A stretch of 64,000 bases of DNA from Chrysomallon squamiferum (GCA_012295275.1 CM022665.1:38254001-38318000); one strand, 5' to 3'; numbered from the stretch's first letter, positions 1-13,532 are shown. Translations and numbers: made by a program. Notes: generated by a model from the sequence alone, not told the origin.

Positions 1-515
1 AGATATATGTGCACATTTAAGATTTGACTGCATGTGCTTTTTGTGATCATACTGCCATGAAAGTCAACAATTATTAAATTCATTTCTCATATGTAAAATA
101 AAATTAAAATTAAAACAAGAAAACCTTGTTTTTGTTTTTTCAATACTTTAAAACAAAATTTGAAAATATATTTTTACTTATTTGTTTAAAGAAATATTTT
201 AAATTATTTTTTAAATAAATATTTTTAATTATTTTTTTTATAGCAATAGTTTTTCTTATGTTTATTTTTTTTAAACCAGTAAGAATTATTGCAGGATAAT
301 ATTTCTTATAAGACTACTGACACCTGCAAGCAGACCACCTGAATGATAATAATTTCTGTCGCCTTCTGTGAGCAAGATGACTCACACTAGTCACAAAACA
401 AGGAAATTTGACTCTCATCTCAGCTAGGTGGTAAGCAAAACACACCAAAACATAAGTTTCAAATGTTGAAAAATCATCCACTGGGAACTGAGTTTTTTTC
501 ACCCTTCCTTCCGAA

Positions 516-555
<40 letters not shown>

Positions 556-711
556 TGTTAAAAAAGCATGTGGCACAAATAAAACATTAAATCAGAGCCA
601 TAGGGTAAAAGATATATATTCTAATCACAGACATGTCTACTTTTACAGTGAATGGAAATGCTCTTAGTTACTTCACAGCATGGAAGTTGTCTTATGAAAG
701 CCATTAGTAAT

Positions 712-914
712 GTTGAAGTTGACTTATTAAAGGCACTAGTTCCTTTTAAGCTGACTTATTATTAGTTACTAATATTTTTTAAGCTGACTTGATAATGTTA
801 CCAGTTCTGCTAAGTTGGTTTGTTAAAGTGACTAGTTTTGTTGCAATTGATTTTATAAAATCACTAATTCTGCTAAAGATGGCTTATTACAGTAGTTTTG
901 TTGAAGTTGACTTT
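712..914. repeat. Degenerate ~31-bp minisatellite, ~6-7 copies
   Basis: Recurring AAGYTGACTT...ACTAGTT units. Confidence 0.65.
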
Positions 915-1576
915 CTTTCATTGTATGTATGGTAGATGAAATGATTTAGATATTTATGTTTACTTAATCAGGCAATTAGTGATAAACTCTGCTTCATATA
1001 TATATACGTATATTTTACTGATATAATATAAAACTAGATAAGCCATGTTTAATAAACTCAAATTATACGAGACTAACAAGTTAGCTTTTTTCATTCCACA
1101 TAATCATTTCCCTTTAATGTATTTTCCATAGTCCTGTCACTGTTTAAATAACATGCCAGGATGCTGTTAAACAAATATTCCTTTCCTTTTCGTATTCACC
1201 TCTTGGTTTTGTTGCTGTGTGACAGGTACACGCAACGTAACGTTGTATGACGGTGGATCATTATGCTATCCTGTTTTTCACACCTTCTTATGTGATCCTC
1301 GGTAAGTATGAAGAACTGTAAGTTTAGAGCCTCTGTTTGTGTGTGTACAGGAAGGCTGATACTACTTGTGACGTCTCAGAAGGGTTTTTTTACGTAAGCA
1401 TGTGTAACACGTTATTTATTCTGTTGAATTTCTTGTTACTTTAAGCAAACAGATGTAGCTGTTTCGAAAACAAATATTTTTCTGGTGTTCATTTGTATTG
1501 TTAATGGTTGACAGAACTTCACTTTCGTCTTGCGTTTTTTTTCTTCTTCTTTTTCTTTTTTTTTCAGCCGTCATCG

Positions 1577-1787
1577 TCCATTTTTATCTTTTGTTCTTGT
1601 TTGTTCAGTTTGCTTTTTATGTCCAATTTTAAATATTATTTAAATATAAAGTTTGTTTCACAAGATTTAATAATATATGAAGAGTTCATTAAATCTTGAT
1701 CTAAAATCCCAAAGATGTGCATCCATTTTTATCTTTTGTTCTCGTTTGTTCAGTTTGCTTTTTATGTCTAATTTTAAATATTATTTA
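1577..1787. repeat. 66-bp direct duplication (1577-1642 and 1722-1787)
   Basis: TCCATTTTTATCTTTTGTTCTYGTTTGTTCAG...AAATATTATTTA, 2 mismatches. Confidence 0.9.
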
Positions 1788-3237
1788 TACATTATTTATA
1801 TATTATTTATACATCAAATTAATAAGAAAGCCATAAAATAAGTTTTAAGTCACAGATTCAAGCAATTACTAGTTTTACATACAAATAAACAAAAAACAAG
1901 ACAAAAAAAAAAAAAAAAAAAAAAAAATGAAGAAAACCAACTAACAAACAAACCTCTTTAATTTTCACAAAATAAAAATTGTATAAAGTTGTATTAACTT
2001 CAAGTAAGGGAACTGTTAAAATCCCATCAACATTTTTACCTATGTGATTTACCTGTACTTAATAGAAAGTTTTGGTCTGAGATGAATACAGCTAAGCAGA
2101 AATGTCAAAACCAGGGTGGATTGAGAGGTAGCCCACTGAAAAAGATGGAACTGGCAGTTAGTCATATAAGGTGAATATTCTGATATGATGATAGTATCAA
2201 GAACTGGAATAGCCACAACAGTAATTGTAGTAGTTGTTGTTGTTGTAGTAATTGTAGTAGCTGTAATAACTGTTATAGTACTAGTAGCAGTAGTAGTACT
2301 AATTGTAGTTCTGTAGTAGTGGCAACAGCAGTAGCAACACTACCATAACAAACTCTTTAACAACCATCTCAAGAAAACAATACAGACTACATTTTGTGAG
2401 CCCAAAGCAGAACTATCTGAACCTTCACTGGACACATCTACAGTTCAAGATGGCTGATATATTAGCAACAGATATTCTGAAGACAAACATTATGTCAACA
2501 AGACCTTGACCACATGACATCACAGCAGTCATCACAAAAATGAAACACATTGTAGAGGAAATGAGTGAACCAGTTTTATTATAATTACGTCCTGTTACTG
2601 ATTCATTTCTGTATAATGAATCATAACTGACCACTTGACCCCTTCCAGTAAGATTGCACTGTCCATCAGGATGGTCACTATGACAGCATAAAGAGTATTA
2701 AAGGACCTGTATTCAAATCTCGGATGATGCATAAAAGAAATTAATGTCCTTTATTCAAAACATGAAAGAAAATATTTTTAAAAATTAGAGGATGTATTTT
2801 TATAAAAAGAAGATGACTTTTAAAACTTTGGTGTTATTTGGAATTTTGAAGGTCCTGTATTCAAAACAGTAGGAAAAATAAATAAAAATAAAAGTCCTAT
2901 AGAGTAGACATTGACATGTAAAAAAAAACCATGACTATATTTGTGGATATGTGTGTGTATGGAAGAGTGAGAGAAAGAGACATTTCAAAAATGCATGTTA
3001 AGATTTTTTATCAGTTGCAAACTGTTCCATAAAAACCATAATAACCATGCCTTAAACATAAAAGCTGCAAATAAGTAGTATTTAAATGTTAAAACTTACT
3101 AAAATTAAACAAGATAGTGTTAGTACAGTAATAATAAGAGGCTCTCAAATAATATTTCAGTTAAATGACTAATACAAAAATTAACTTAGAACACTTTTGG
3201 ATGTGTGTATGTGTTTGAGTATGTGTGCATATGTTTG

Positions 3238-3240
<3 letters not shown>

Positions 3241-3281
<41 letters not shown>
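3241..3281. repeat. (GT)n microsatellite
   Basis: direct observation. Confidence 0.95.
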
Positions 3282-3282
<1 letters not shown>

Positions 3283-6080
3283 TACTGAAAAAAAAAAATA
3301 CATAACTTAGATTTTCAATCAGTAACAACAATTTGTTCATTTAAATATATCAACAGTACAAAATTATTTTTAAAAACTAATTAAAAAAATGATTGTTATA
3401 CAAAATGTTACAACATCAAAAACAAAAAAATTACAAACAATTACAAACTTTCAGTTCAATAACTAATAAAATATTAACATAGTACATTTTTGAAGTAACA
3501 GATTAAGATGTCAAATTGTTGATTTTTAATGAGCTGTTAGGCCACCATAATTTTTTTTTTTTTTCAAACTGTAAATAAAAAAAGAAAAAAAAAGATTTCA
3601 GCTGTTCAGGATTTTCATTAAATCATTTGAAATCAGTAGAATTATTTCTTTTATCATTTTGTTTCCTTTCTGAATTCCTAGGATATGGAAAAGCAAACAC
3701 TTCAGATTTGGCCACACAAACTTGTTTCTCCGTTTTCTCAGATTTGTTTGTGCTGAACAAAGGCAAAGTTTTCAATCTGCACATCAAAATATTTTCTTCA
3801 GAATTGTTTGAAGAGCAAAGAATCCAGGTCACTGCAGCTGTTTGCAAATTAAACAGAGATATAATACAGTATGAATATTTTATCAAAAGATGATGAAATT
3901 TGGGTCTGTGGGTACTGGGAGATTTCATTTGTATTATCATTTTGTTGTTGTTATTATTTTTATCATCATTATACTTGTTGTTTTTACAAGCACTTATTAG
4001 TATCAGTTGTTGTTATTACTAAGTTAAATAAATATTTTTGAATCTGTTACAATCAAACAATATATCTTAAATAACATACAGATAAAAAAAAGATTGATGG
4101 TTACAACAAGTCAGAAAGTTAGATTTTACAGAAAGTGGATATTAACATTGATAAAATTACAGAGCAATATTTATAGATAGGTAGAAAAAAGTGACAAACA
4201 GAAACAGAAAAAGAATGACAGAAAAGCACAGATGGAATGAAATAAATTAATAATCAGAATTACATTTTACAAGAAATAATTTATTAACATCTCATTGTCA
4301 GGCTTTTAATTAACACAGCTTTCTAACTTTTTTTAATTATTTTTTTTTACCTTTCATACAAATAGGAATTCTAAATAAAGATAACCATTACATCATAATT
4401 CCAGCAATATAATTATTCATAATTATAGTAAGCTAGAAGCTTTGAAGTAAAGACAAACCAATTTAAAAGATAATTACAACAGTATTAACATTATGATTGA
4501 TAAGCCTTCATAGAAACCAATATCAGTAATGCAATAGTTAACCCATCAGCTTTTAGGACTTTAGATTGCATATCCAATATGGCTCCTGCTAGAAGCTAAT
4601 AGAGACAGAGTATTACTGCTACATCTTCTTTACGATCACTACCACCATGGATAGAATAAAATTTAAGAGTAGTATCTTCTGAGATCAAATCCATATTATT
4701 TCTTTCCTCTATCCAGATCTAATTGTGAAGGTGAAAATAACTATAATTCCTCTCCTATCTAGCTGGAGTGACCTCTCATTAGAACAATCATTTAAAGCAT
4801 GATGTTCATAATAAAATCTCTTCTGCTGGCAGCTCTCACTAGGCTATTTCCCATCCCATATATATATACATGTTTGTGTATATATATATATATATATATA
4901 TATACTGTTCATAGGAAGGTATATATATATATATATATTCCTTTCTGCTAATTATTAATAATTCAAGTGCTGGTGGAAAAACCCAAAAGACAACATAATT
5001 TTAATGGACACTAATGATTTTTAATATTAAGTTATGTTGAGCACATACTCATTCAGTCACTAACTCATTCATTGTTTTTATCTGTCCTCATACTAAATAC
5101 TGTCTTTGGGCAGGTAACTAAAACAACTAGTTTGTGTTCATAGTAAAGGTATGCTTAGCAACAGCCTGCTCCAGTTAGCTTTATAAAAAAAAAATGTCCA
5201 GTCAGTTCTATTTGATATTATGTCACTACAACCCATGTGATAATACTTACCATTAAAAAGTGAATGTAACTAATTTGCATAATTCTTAAATGTTTCATTT
5301 TAAAAATTATCACAGTAGCAGTAAATGTTTTAATTTATGACAAAAAAAATATAAATAATAATAAAAAGTAAAAAAATCATAAAAAAGGGAATCAACAAAA
5401 TAACATAATAAATAAATAAATAAAATACTTTTTTTTTTTTTTTTTTTTCTTCTAAATTCTGCATTTAAAATGTTCTTTTCATGGTATATGTACTGATATA
5501 AATTTCTGAGAAAGAGTGATGAATACAAAAACCAATGTAACAGAAGCTAAACAATTAAGATTCGAATACAGTAAGAATGACAAAGGTGTAAAAACATTTT
5601 AACAAAATGACTTGAAAAAGCCATCAATTACACATATCTGTGAAATTTTAAAACAGAGAATAATAAATTGTTTAATTAAAAATTCTCTAAATGAGTTTTT
5701 ACTTTATAACATGTAAGATATGTAATAAATGTTTATGGTAATTATTTATTTTTATATATGTTTTTCTGTTAAAAGTTTTTTTTCTTTGTTTCTTTTACTG
5801 TTCTGTCTCTTCCTCACACACAATATAAAACAAAAAGAAAAAACATTTCAATCTCTCATTTTGTGTGTGTGTGTGCTTGGATGTATATGTATGTTAGTTT
5901 CTCATTTAAGGCAGTTACATATATTTTAATTCCTCTTATTTGTGTTACTGTTGTCTTCTCAACAAATGATTCACTTGATTTTAATCCCAGTGAGAAAAAA
6001 GAACAAAAACGAAAAATAAAAACCCATTCACGATTCAATACAAAGTATTTAATAATTTAAAAAAAAAAAAAAAAAAAAAA

Positions 6081-6131
<51 letters not shown>

Positions 6132-9100
6132 TATCTTTAATTAAAAAACGAACAAACAATAACAACATACCTTTTAAATCTTAAATTTTTAAAACCTAAC
6201 ACGTTTAACAGGTGCCATTTTTAAAAATTATATTTTATTTTAATGTACGCCTCTAATTTACTGAATAGTCAAAAACAATTTTTTCTTGTAAATCACGTCA
6301 GTCTGAATTTTATTTTCACCATTTAAGAATGGGCAGAAAAGAAAATGAATAGTAAATTAACCTGCACAGGTTCTGCTGGATGTGTTAACACACTTGTCAT
6401 AAATTACTACAACTGCATGTCACGCTGTTTTAAAGTACACGTCTGCGGAACACTGAAGTATCCCGGCAACACAAAATGCATTAAAAACGTACAGCTTTGA
6501 TCGGCAGTGTAATTGTTCAATGCCGTCCAAAACAAACTCGTCTACAAATTGATTAATTCCTTCGCAAATTTACAGTAGAATGAAGAAGAAATTTACTTGG
6601 CGCCGTGTTTTAAATGTGTTTATTTATCAAGAGTTCCTAAAAGGAGGGAAATAAAAGACAGAAGAAAGAGATGTGTTTGAAGAAAAAGGTGTTTACGATA
6701 TTATGAAAAATATAAATGTCTTCATGTAATTTTAGTAGACATTTCTGAAATAAATGAAATAAAGTAATGAATGAATAAATACTTTTTTTGCTATTTGTTT
6801 CTCTTAATTGTTCTTTCTCTCCTTTTTCTCCCCCCTTCTTCCTCCTGATTAGGCATTTTCATGAAAAAATTAAATATTAAAATAAGGTTATAAACTTTTA
6901 AATGTTTTTTATTCAGATGCAAAAAGCACAGTTTCACTTAAAGTCACAAATTTTTAACTGTAAGAAAAGTTATAAACATTTATGTGAGCTGATAATGATT
7001 ACTTTCTTTCATTTGTAGGTTTGTTTTTGCAATATAAATTAAAAAAAAACGGAATATAAAAACAGCTTCCAGAGAAGACATGAATACTGATAAGAGCAAA
7101 TAAAATTAAAATAACCATGACAAATTTGGGAAAATACAGATTATATATGGAAACATACATAAACCTGTACATAGATGTATGTACACATATCTGATGTTAT
7201 ATTCAGACATGCATGTACCACACACAAACACACATCTAATTTTATACACACCATATATAGACATATACACATTAGAACATAAATATATAATGATGTATGT
7301 ATATATCTACAAACATAAATACATATATACATTTGAATGAAAAGAATCTTCCAAAAAGAACTTATACAATTAATTATCAAAAACAAAATTAAAAATAATT
7401 AAAAAATAAAACAGTAGAACAATAACAAAAATACTGAATTATTTTAATTAGTACAGGTTTTGAGTTTATGTTGTTGTTTTTCTTAATGTTGTTTCTCAGG
7501 AATACTCCCATCTATTAGGAGTAAATATAAATAAATACTTAATAATATGAAAAATCAGTTATTCTACTCCCCCCTCCCCAAAATATATAAATTAAAAAAC
7601 AGCTAACACATTGTTGGAGGCTTGATCATGTGAGCTATTGGGCCTAAAACCATTCTCTGATCTTTATATTTAGTCTACTCCAGTGTTTGCTGGATAATAA
7701 TAATAAAACAAAGTTTTATTGGAAGAACAACAAAATAATTATATTAAAAAATATTTAAAAAATGAGAATAATGAAATTATAATAAAAGTAATATTAGTAG
7801 TAGTAACAATAATAATAAATAAATATTTCAAAATTAAATGAGTCTGTGAACACAAGCAGGAGAAATATAAATACCTCTCTGTCAATGAGAGTTTAAACAT
7901 CTATTTCACATAATTCACACATAATAATAAGAACTAAAAATATACATATTAAGTATGTTATAAACAAAAATTGTTCATTTACAATTTAAAAACATGTTGC
8001 TTTAAAATAACCAAGCATATCAGATCATCACAATTTTAAATATTAATGTTGAAAATACATTATTTAAATTTTCAAAAGCAGGGCACAAATGATGTTGATA
8101 ATATCATCAACCACAGTTTTATAGCTTTTAATAATAAACTAAATGAGATAAGCATATGATCAGGTGTTATATTTATAAATCTAGAGAACATGTAAAAATG
8201 AAAACAAACTGATTAATGATACACAAGGTGTAACTTCATATCTTTGAGTGCTGCAAAATGGAAAAATGATGAAGATAAATGGACTGCAAAAATAATTAAA
8301 ATTTTGAAGTTATGTGTAAACAACATTTATAAATTGCTTTTTACCCCCTGCAATTGCATATTTTAAGATATTATGAAAAGCAGAGAGTGAGAGAGTGAAG
8401 GTGAGGAGTGAAAGAGGAGTAATGATGATAATGGCACAATGAATGTGAGAGGTGTCATTTTTGAAAAGTTTAAAAGAGATAATTACGTTGAATGTGTAAA
8501 ATATTAGTGTTTTAAAGAAGAAGAAAATGAAAAAAGAACAACTAAGTGTTTTTCTAGATCTAATTTTCAAGATGTAAAAGCAATTATTGAAAATGATACT
8601 CAGCAAACTTAACATGTTAGCCAATCGTTACTTTGGTTTAACACTGCATTCAAATATAACACACACACAGACACACACACACACACACACACAACAGACA
8701 GAATGTTAACAGTTCATTATAATTAAAGTACAGAAATTTCCAGAGCTGATATTTTAGATGCTGCCATGCTTCATTGACTGGAAACACTGAGTAGACTTGT
8801 ATTTGAAATTGGCCAAAGAAAGAACCTTCATGTTGTGTCAGTTCACTTAATGCTTTACAAAACTGATCAAGTTCTTTCTTCTCTTTATTGTAATACCTCA
8901 TGCATCCAAATTCTTCATGGTTACTTCCATGATCTTTCTCCATGCCAACAATAATAAAAGTAACATCTCCTCAGCTTTATCTTTTCTGACTTTCTGCCAT
9001 AATAGATTTACCTGCCAAAAATAGCTAATGATTTTAACTGATGATAAAGCAGAAAAGTTTCTGTATGGTTGTTTGTAATATTTAAAAGCTGCATTGTTTG

Positions 9101-10186
9101 TTGTTTCTTGTTCATCTCTATTCTTCCATGTAAAGAGTTAGTATTCTTTAAATTGATAAATATGTAAAACAACAAAAATATATATGTAAATAAATAAGTA
9201 GGTAAGTGAATTAATTAAACAATATTGATGAATTGCTTATATGCACTGAAGAACTGTAATAGTATTTATAAAATCTTAACTGATATATAATTAAGTAATT
9301 TCTTTTTTCTTTCTTTCTTATTTATTTGTTCTGAAACTCAAGACTGTAGAATTATTTTCATATACAACAAATTTCTTTTTCTTTTTCTCTCAGGTAAGAT
9401 CAGCAAGGGAGATAATGATGTAGTTTGTGTTCCATTACTGTTTCCACTCGTCTGTGCCATTTCCTAATTTAATTCACAAAGGTGAGATGAGAGAAAAAAA
9501 ATTGTAAAATAAACACACATACAAACAGATTATTTAAAATGATCAAAATTGAAGCTGTTCTCAAAACTTCTGATTTATAATTTCAAAAAGAGAATGAACT
9601 GACAGTTTAAGATTATAAATAAGTTAGTCAGTTAAATCTGCAGGAACATTACAAAGAAGAAAAAAATTAAATTAAAAATTAAAATGTGCAGTCTGCAGTT
9701 TTACAGCTTTTCTGACTTCAACTTTACAAAAACTTTTCTTAGTAAAAAAATGTCTACAACTTGCATCAGACATAAAACCTTATCCTTAATGTTTGCACTT
9801 CCTCGATAATAAAAATATTTTATGACTGAAGAATAAGTTAAAAGCCATAAAGTTGAAAACCAACGAAACTGTAGAATGATTTAGGTATAACAAAGGTACT
9901 CAGTCTTTACATGTCATTTCACTATGTTGTTTATTATTCAGCCAATCAGCTTATTTCTAAAAGCTAAAATGTAAATTATAACAACAAAATAGGTTAAAAA
10001 AATATTGATAGCGGAGTTTACATGTAGAATAAATGCAGCTTGTATGAAAATAATTCTTTATTTGGTGTAAACTTATTTTATGCAAAAAATATTAGGTGAG
10101 AAATGTTTATCACTTTATACTGTTTCTTTTTGTAGATTTACATAAATTTTTTTTTTTTTTTTTTTCAAAATTCATTAAAATTAAAA

Positions 10187-10225
<39 letters not shown>

Positions 10226-11199
10226 AAAAGATAACTAAATTCAGCTAATAATGAAAGTAACATGTTTTTAATGAAATCCAGTCTAACTGTCAGTTACAAT
10301 GAAAATAAAATCTATTATTATTATAATGTGTTGTATGCACTGGAGAAGAAACTGACTGAAGTAACACAAGATTAAGTAACCAGCAGTAAAGGATCTTCTA
10401 TTTTCATTATGTCATAAAAAAAAATATATATTTTTTTTATATACACAGTAGTAGTAGAAGTAGTAATAGGATTAATACTCTATTTTTTATTTTATTATTA
10501 TTATTTTTTTGTTATTAATATAATGATAATAATAAAAAAAAATTTATGCCCAACAAATTATTATTGTTGTTACTGTTGTTGTTGTTGTTGTTGTTGTTGT
10601 TAATGCTGTCATTTATTCTTGTTGTTATTTCATCATCAGGAACATAATATTTATAATTATTATCATATCTGTATTAATGTTATAATGGTAATTATGATTT
10701 TTGTTGTTTTGTTTTTATGGTAATATTTTGTTTTGTTGTTGTTGGTCCTGTGGCTGCTAATATTTTGTATCAGTGTTGCTGCTGTTGGTGTTGTTGTTGT
10801 AGTAATATCTTCTATTCACAGCATTATAGCTAGAATTATATGTGAATGCGTATGTGTGCATATGTGTGTATGTACATGTGTGCCTGTGTATTTGTGCATG
10901 TGTGCATGTGTCTGTGTATGTTATATGAGTGTCTGTGCATGTGTAAATATGTATGTGTCTGTGTGTGACATGCATGCATATATGATTCACATGCATCTAT
11001 GTAGAAGACCTTTACAAAAAGAAAAATTCTAGTTTATTCAACTAGAAGGCAAACAAAAGTAGTATAGCACTGTTTGAATTTTGAATTTTTTTTTTACAAA
11101 TGTTAATGAGTTAGTGTCTAGACACACAGCTGATAGGACAGTTTGAGATAACAAATGAGATATTTATTTACCTGTTGATGAGTAATATTATAATAATAA

Positions 11200-11845
11200 A
11201 TAGGGCCAGCCTGCGTCAGACTGTTGACAAGAGTTTAACTTAGCTATGATCTATATATAGCAGCGAGGAAGGATAAGAAGAAATCACAGGGGAGGGAGGG
11301 GCTGTGATGCATTTTGGAGTGGTAGAAGATTTTTTTAACAATGATCCTAAAAGTTTTGGAGATGTTAAGTAAGAATATTTTTAAGACAGTGACAAATATT
11401 TTGGAAATGTTTACGTTTTTTTTTTTTTTACAGATTGGGATCCAGAAAGGTTTGAAAGATGGAAGAATTACATTATTTAGATGTGTATGAGATTAAAACG
11501 TTAGAAGGGATAATGGTTTAGACAATATGGAAGTTTACACGGAGGTGTGTGTGTGGTAAGGATGAGAATGTTGGTGGGGTGTTCAGGGAATAAGACGTTT
11601 CCTAGGACTGGGACTGAGAAAGGTGCAGATAAAAAGCTTTTAATAAAAGGGTAAAAAGTCATTTGTTTTACCAGACGTTTGGTGGGGAAGGGAATAAAAG
11701 GGTTTTGTGGGGTGCAGTGTTGGATGAATAGAAAAAATAAGATGATGAAAATCCTTTTTGGATGTGTAAGGGATAGGACATTTTGAAATGAAAAAATATT
11801 ATAGAGTTTGGGATAAGTTAATATTATTTTATAACATAAATCTGC

Positions 11846-11846
<1 letters not shown>
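11200..11846 (-). mobile_element. Decayed Penelope-like retroelement fragment (RT thumb/linker region)
   Basis: Minus-strand frames give ADLCYK, PNSIIFFHFKMSYPLHIQKG and LDPNL, resembling the PLE pattern xDLYxKPTxxxxYLHFxSxHPxHxKK...LxxDPxL; strong G/C skew; many frameshifts. Confidence 0.4.

Positions 11847-11912
<66 letters not shown>
11847..11912. repeat. (CA)n microsatellite
   Basis: direct observation. Confidence 0.95.
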
Positions 11913-11914
<2 letters not shown>

Positions 11915-12470
11915 GTATTTTATTATTTCAAAATAAAGGCATATAGATTAAAAATTCTGGGACAGATTCATCGGAATCAGTTTGCTCTTACAGTAATTGA
12001 ACATAATAAACATATATTTTATCAACTTTCACTAGTCTGCAAAACTACTTGAGTCTGACGAAAACAATTCAAGCGACTGTCACATTTTCATCTAACTGCT
12101 TATAACAGAATAAAAGCAATTACACAACAGGTTGGCCTACCCTATTGATTTCAAACTACGAAACTGTCAGGTCATATTTGCAAACAGACAAAACTGCACA
12201 GTGCACATGAACAAACACTTCATTACTAAGTGCTGATATTGTGCAAGTTTATTAAACAAAATACACTTGATAGATAAAATAATATGGCAGTTATAGATGT
12301 GAGTTTAATAGCAATTTATCAAGATTATTCTTTCATTGTATTTTTTTAAACATAGAACTTGTCAATGGTTATTGGCACCAGTGTTCTTGATGGTATAATT
12401 TCTTGTATTGTTTAATACTTGAAAGGAAACTGATCCTGTGATAATAAATCTTCAAAGTCTAGACTTAAAG

Positions 12471-12535
12471 GGAGTGGGCTGTAGGTTGATGGTTAGAGTA
12501 CTTGCTGGACATGAGCTTAGTCATTTGATCAGTAT
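12471..12535 (+). mobile_element. SINE 5' head fragment
   Basis: GGGCTGTAGGTTGATGGTTAGAGTACTTGC resembles a tRNA A-box head; no cloverleaf. Confidence 0.3.
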
Positions 12536-12659
12536 ATCTCTGAGCAAATTAATTAACGTTTAATGACATCTTACAATAGATTGGATGATTGATGACAGTC
12601 ACACTTTTTCTTTTTGTATAATGATGATTATAAAATCTACTACTCCAAACATTGTTAAG

Positions 12660-13532
12660 GAAGACAAAGATGAGGAGAGAGAGAGAGAGAGAGAAGAAGA
12701 GAGAGACAGAAGGAGAAGAATAAGAGAAAGGAAGACAAAAAGAGGTTGTATAGTCAGAAAAAAGAAAGGAGAGAATAGAAAGAAAGGGAGAAAAGAGGAG
12801 AGAAAAAGAAAAAGGAAAAAAGAGAGACAGAGAAAGAAAAGAAAGGAAAAAAAAAAGAAAGGAGAGATAGAAAGGAAAAAAAAGAAAGGAGAAAAGAGAG
12901 ACAGAGAAAGAGGAGAGAAAGGGAGAGAAAAGAGAGAAAAGAGAGAGAAAAAGAAAGGAAAAGAGAGGAAAGGGAAAAAGGAAAGAAAGGGAATAGAGAG
13001 ACAGAGAGAAAAAGAAAGAGACAGAGAAAGAAAGGAAAAGAGAGGAGAGAAAGAAAGGGAGAGAAAGAAAGGAGAAGAGAGAAAGAATAGAGAGACAGAG
13101 AGAAAGAAAAAGGGAAAGAGAGAGAAAGAAAGGAGAAAAGAAAGGGAAAAGAGAGACAGAGAAAGAAAGAAAAGGGAAAAGAAAAGAGAGACTGACAGAG
13201 AGAAGAGAAAGGAAAGGGAAAAGAGAGAGAGAAAGAGAAAGGAAAAAGAGAGAAGAGAAGAGATGGGAGAGAAAGAGGGAGAGAAAAAAAAGAAAGGAAA
13301 AAGAGAGAGAGAAAGAGAGAGAAAGAAAGGAAAAAGAGAGAGAGATGGGAGAGGGAGGGAGAGAAAATGAGAGAGAGAGATATGGAGGAGAGTTGGAGTG
13401 AAAGAGGAGAAAAGATAAAGGAGAATCAGAAAGAGAAATTTAGAGATAGGGACAGAAAGAGAGAAAGAGCAAGAAAGAGATGCAGAGAATCACAGAGAAT
13501 GAAAGAGAAATAGAGTAAGAGAGAAAGAGAGA
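12660..13532. repeat. ~870 bp polypurine (GA-rich) low-complexity tract
   Basis: Almost exclusively A/G on plus strand. Confidence 0.95.

Noticed and set aside
3623-3940. Antiparallel 105-aa and 88-aa ORFs
   Set aside because: No recognisable family or convincing splice context
4500-4860. Higher-complexity patch possibly TE-derived (also 2400-2720 and 39950-40290)
   Set aside because: No motif, TIR or frame I could assign
10733-11032. Overlapping ORFs with CVCV/THTH runs
   Set aside because: Degenerate (GT/AT)n microsatellite artefacts
11200-11846. NUMT suggested by G/T skew
   Set aside because: No mitochondrial gene motifs; peptides fit a Penelope-like RT better
12585-13370. 261-aa K/R/E-rich ORF
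   Set aside because: Translation of a GA polypurine tract, which cannot contain stop codons; no splice or domain support
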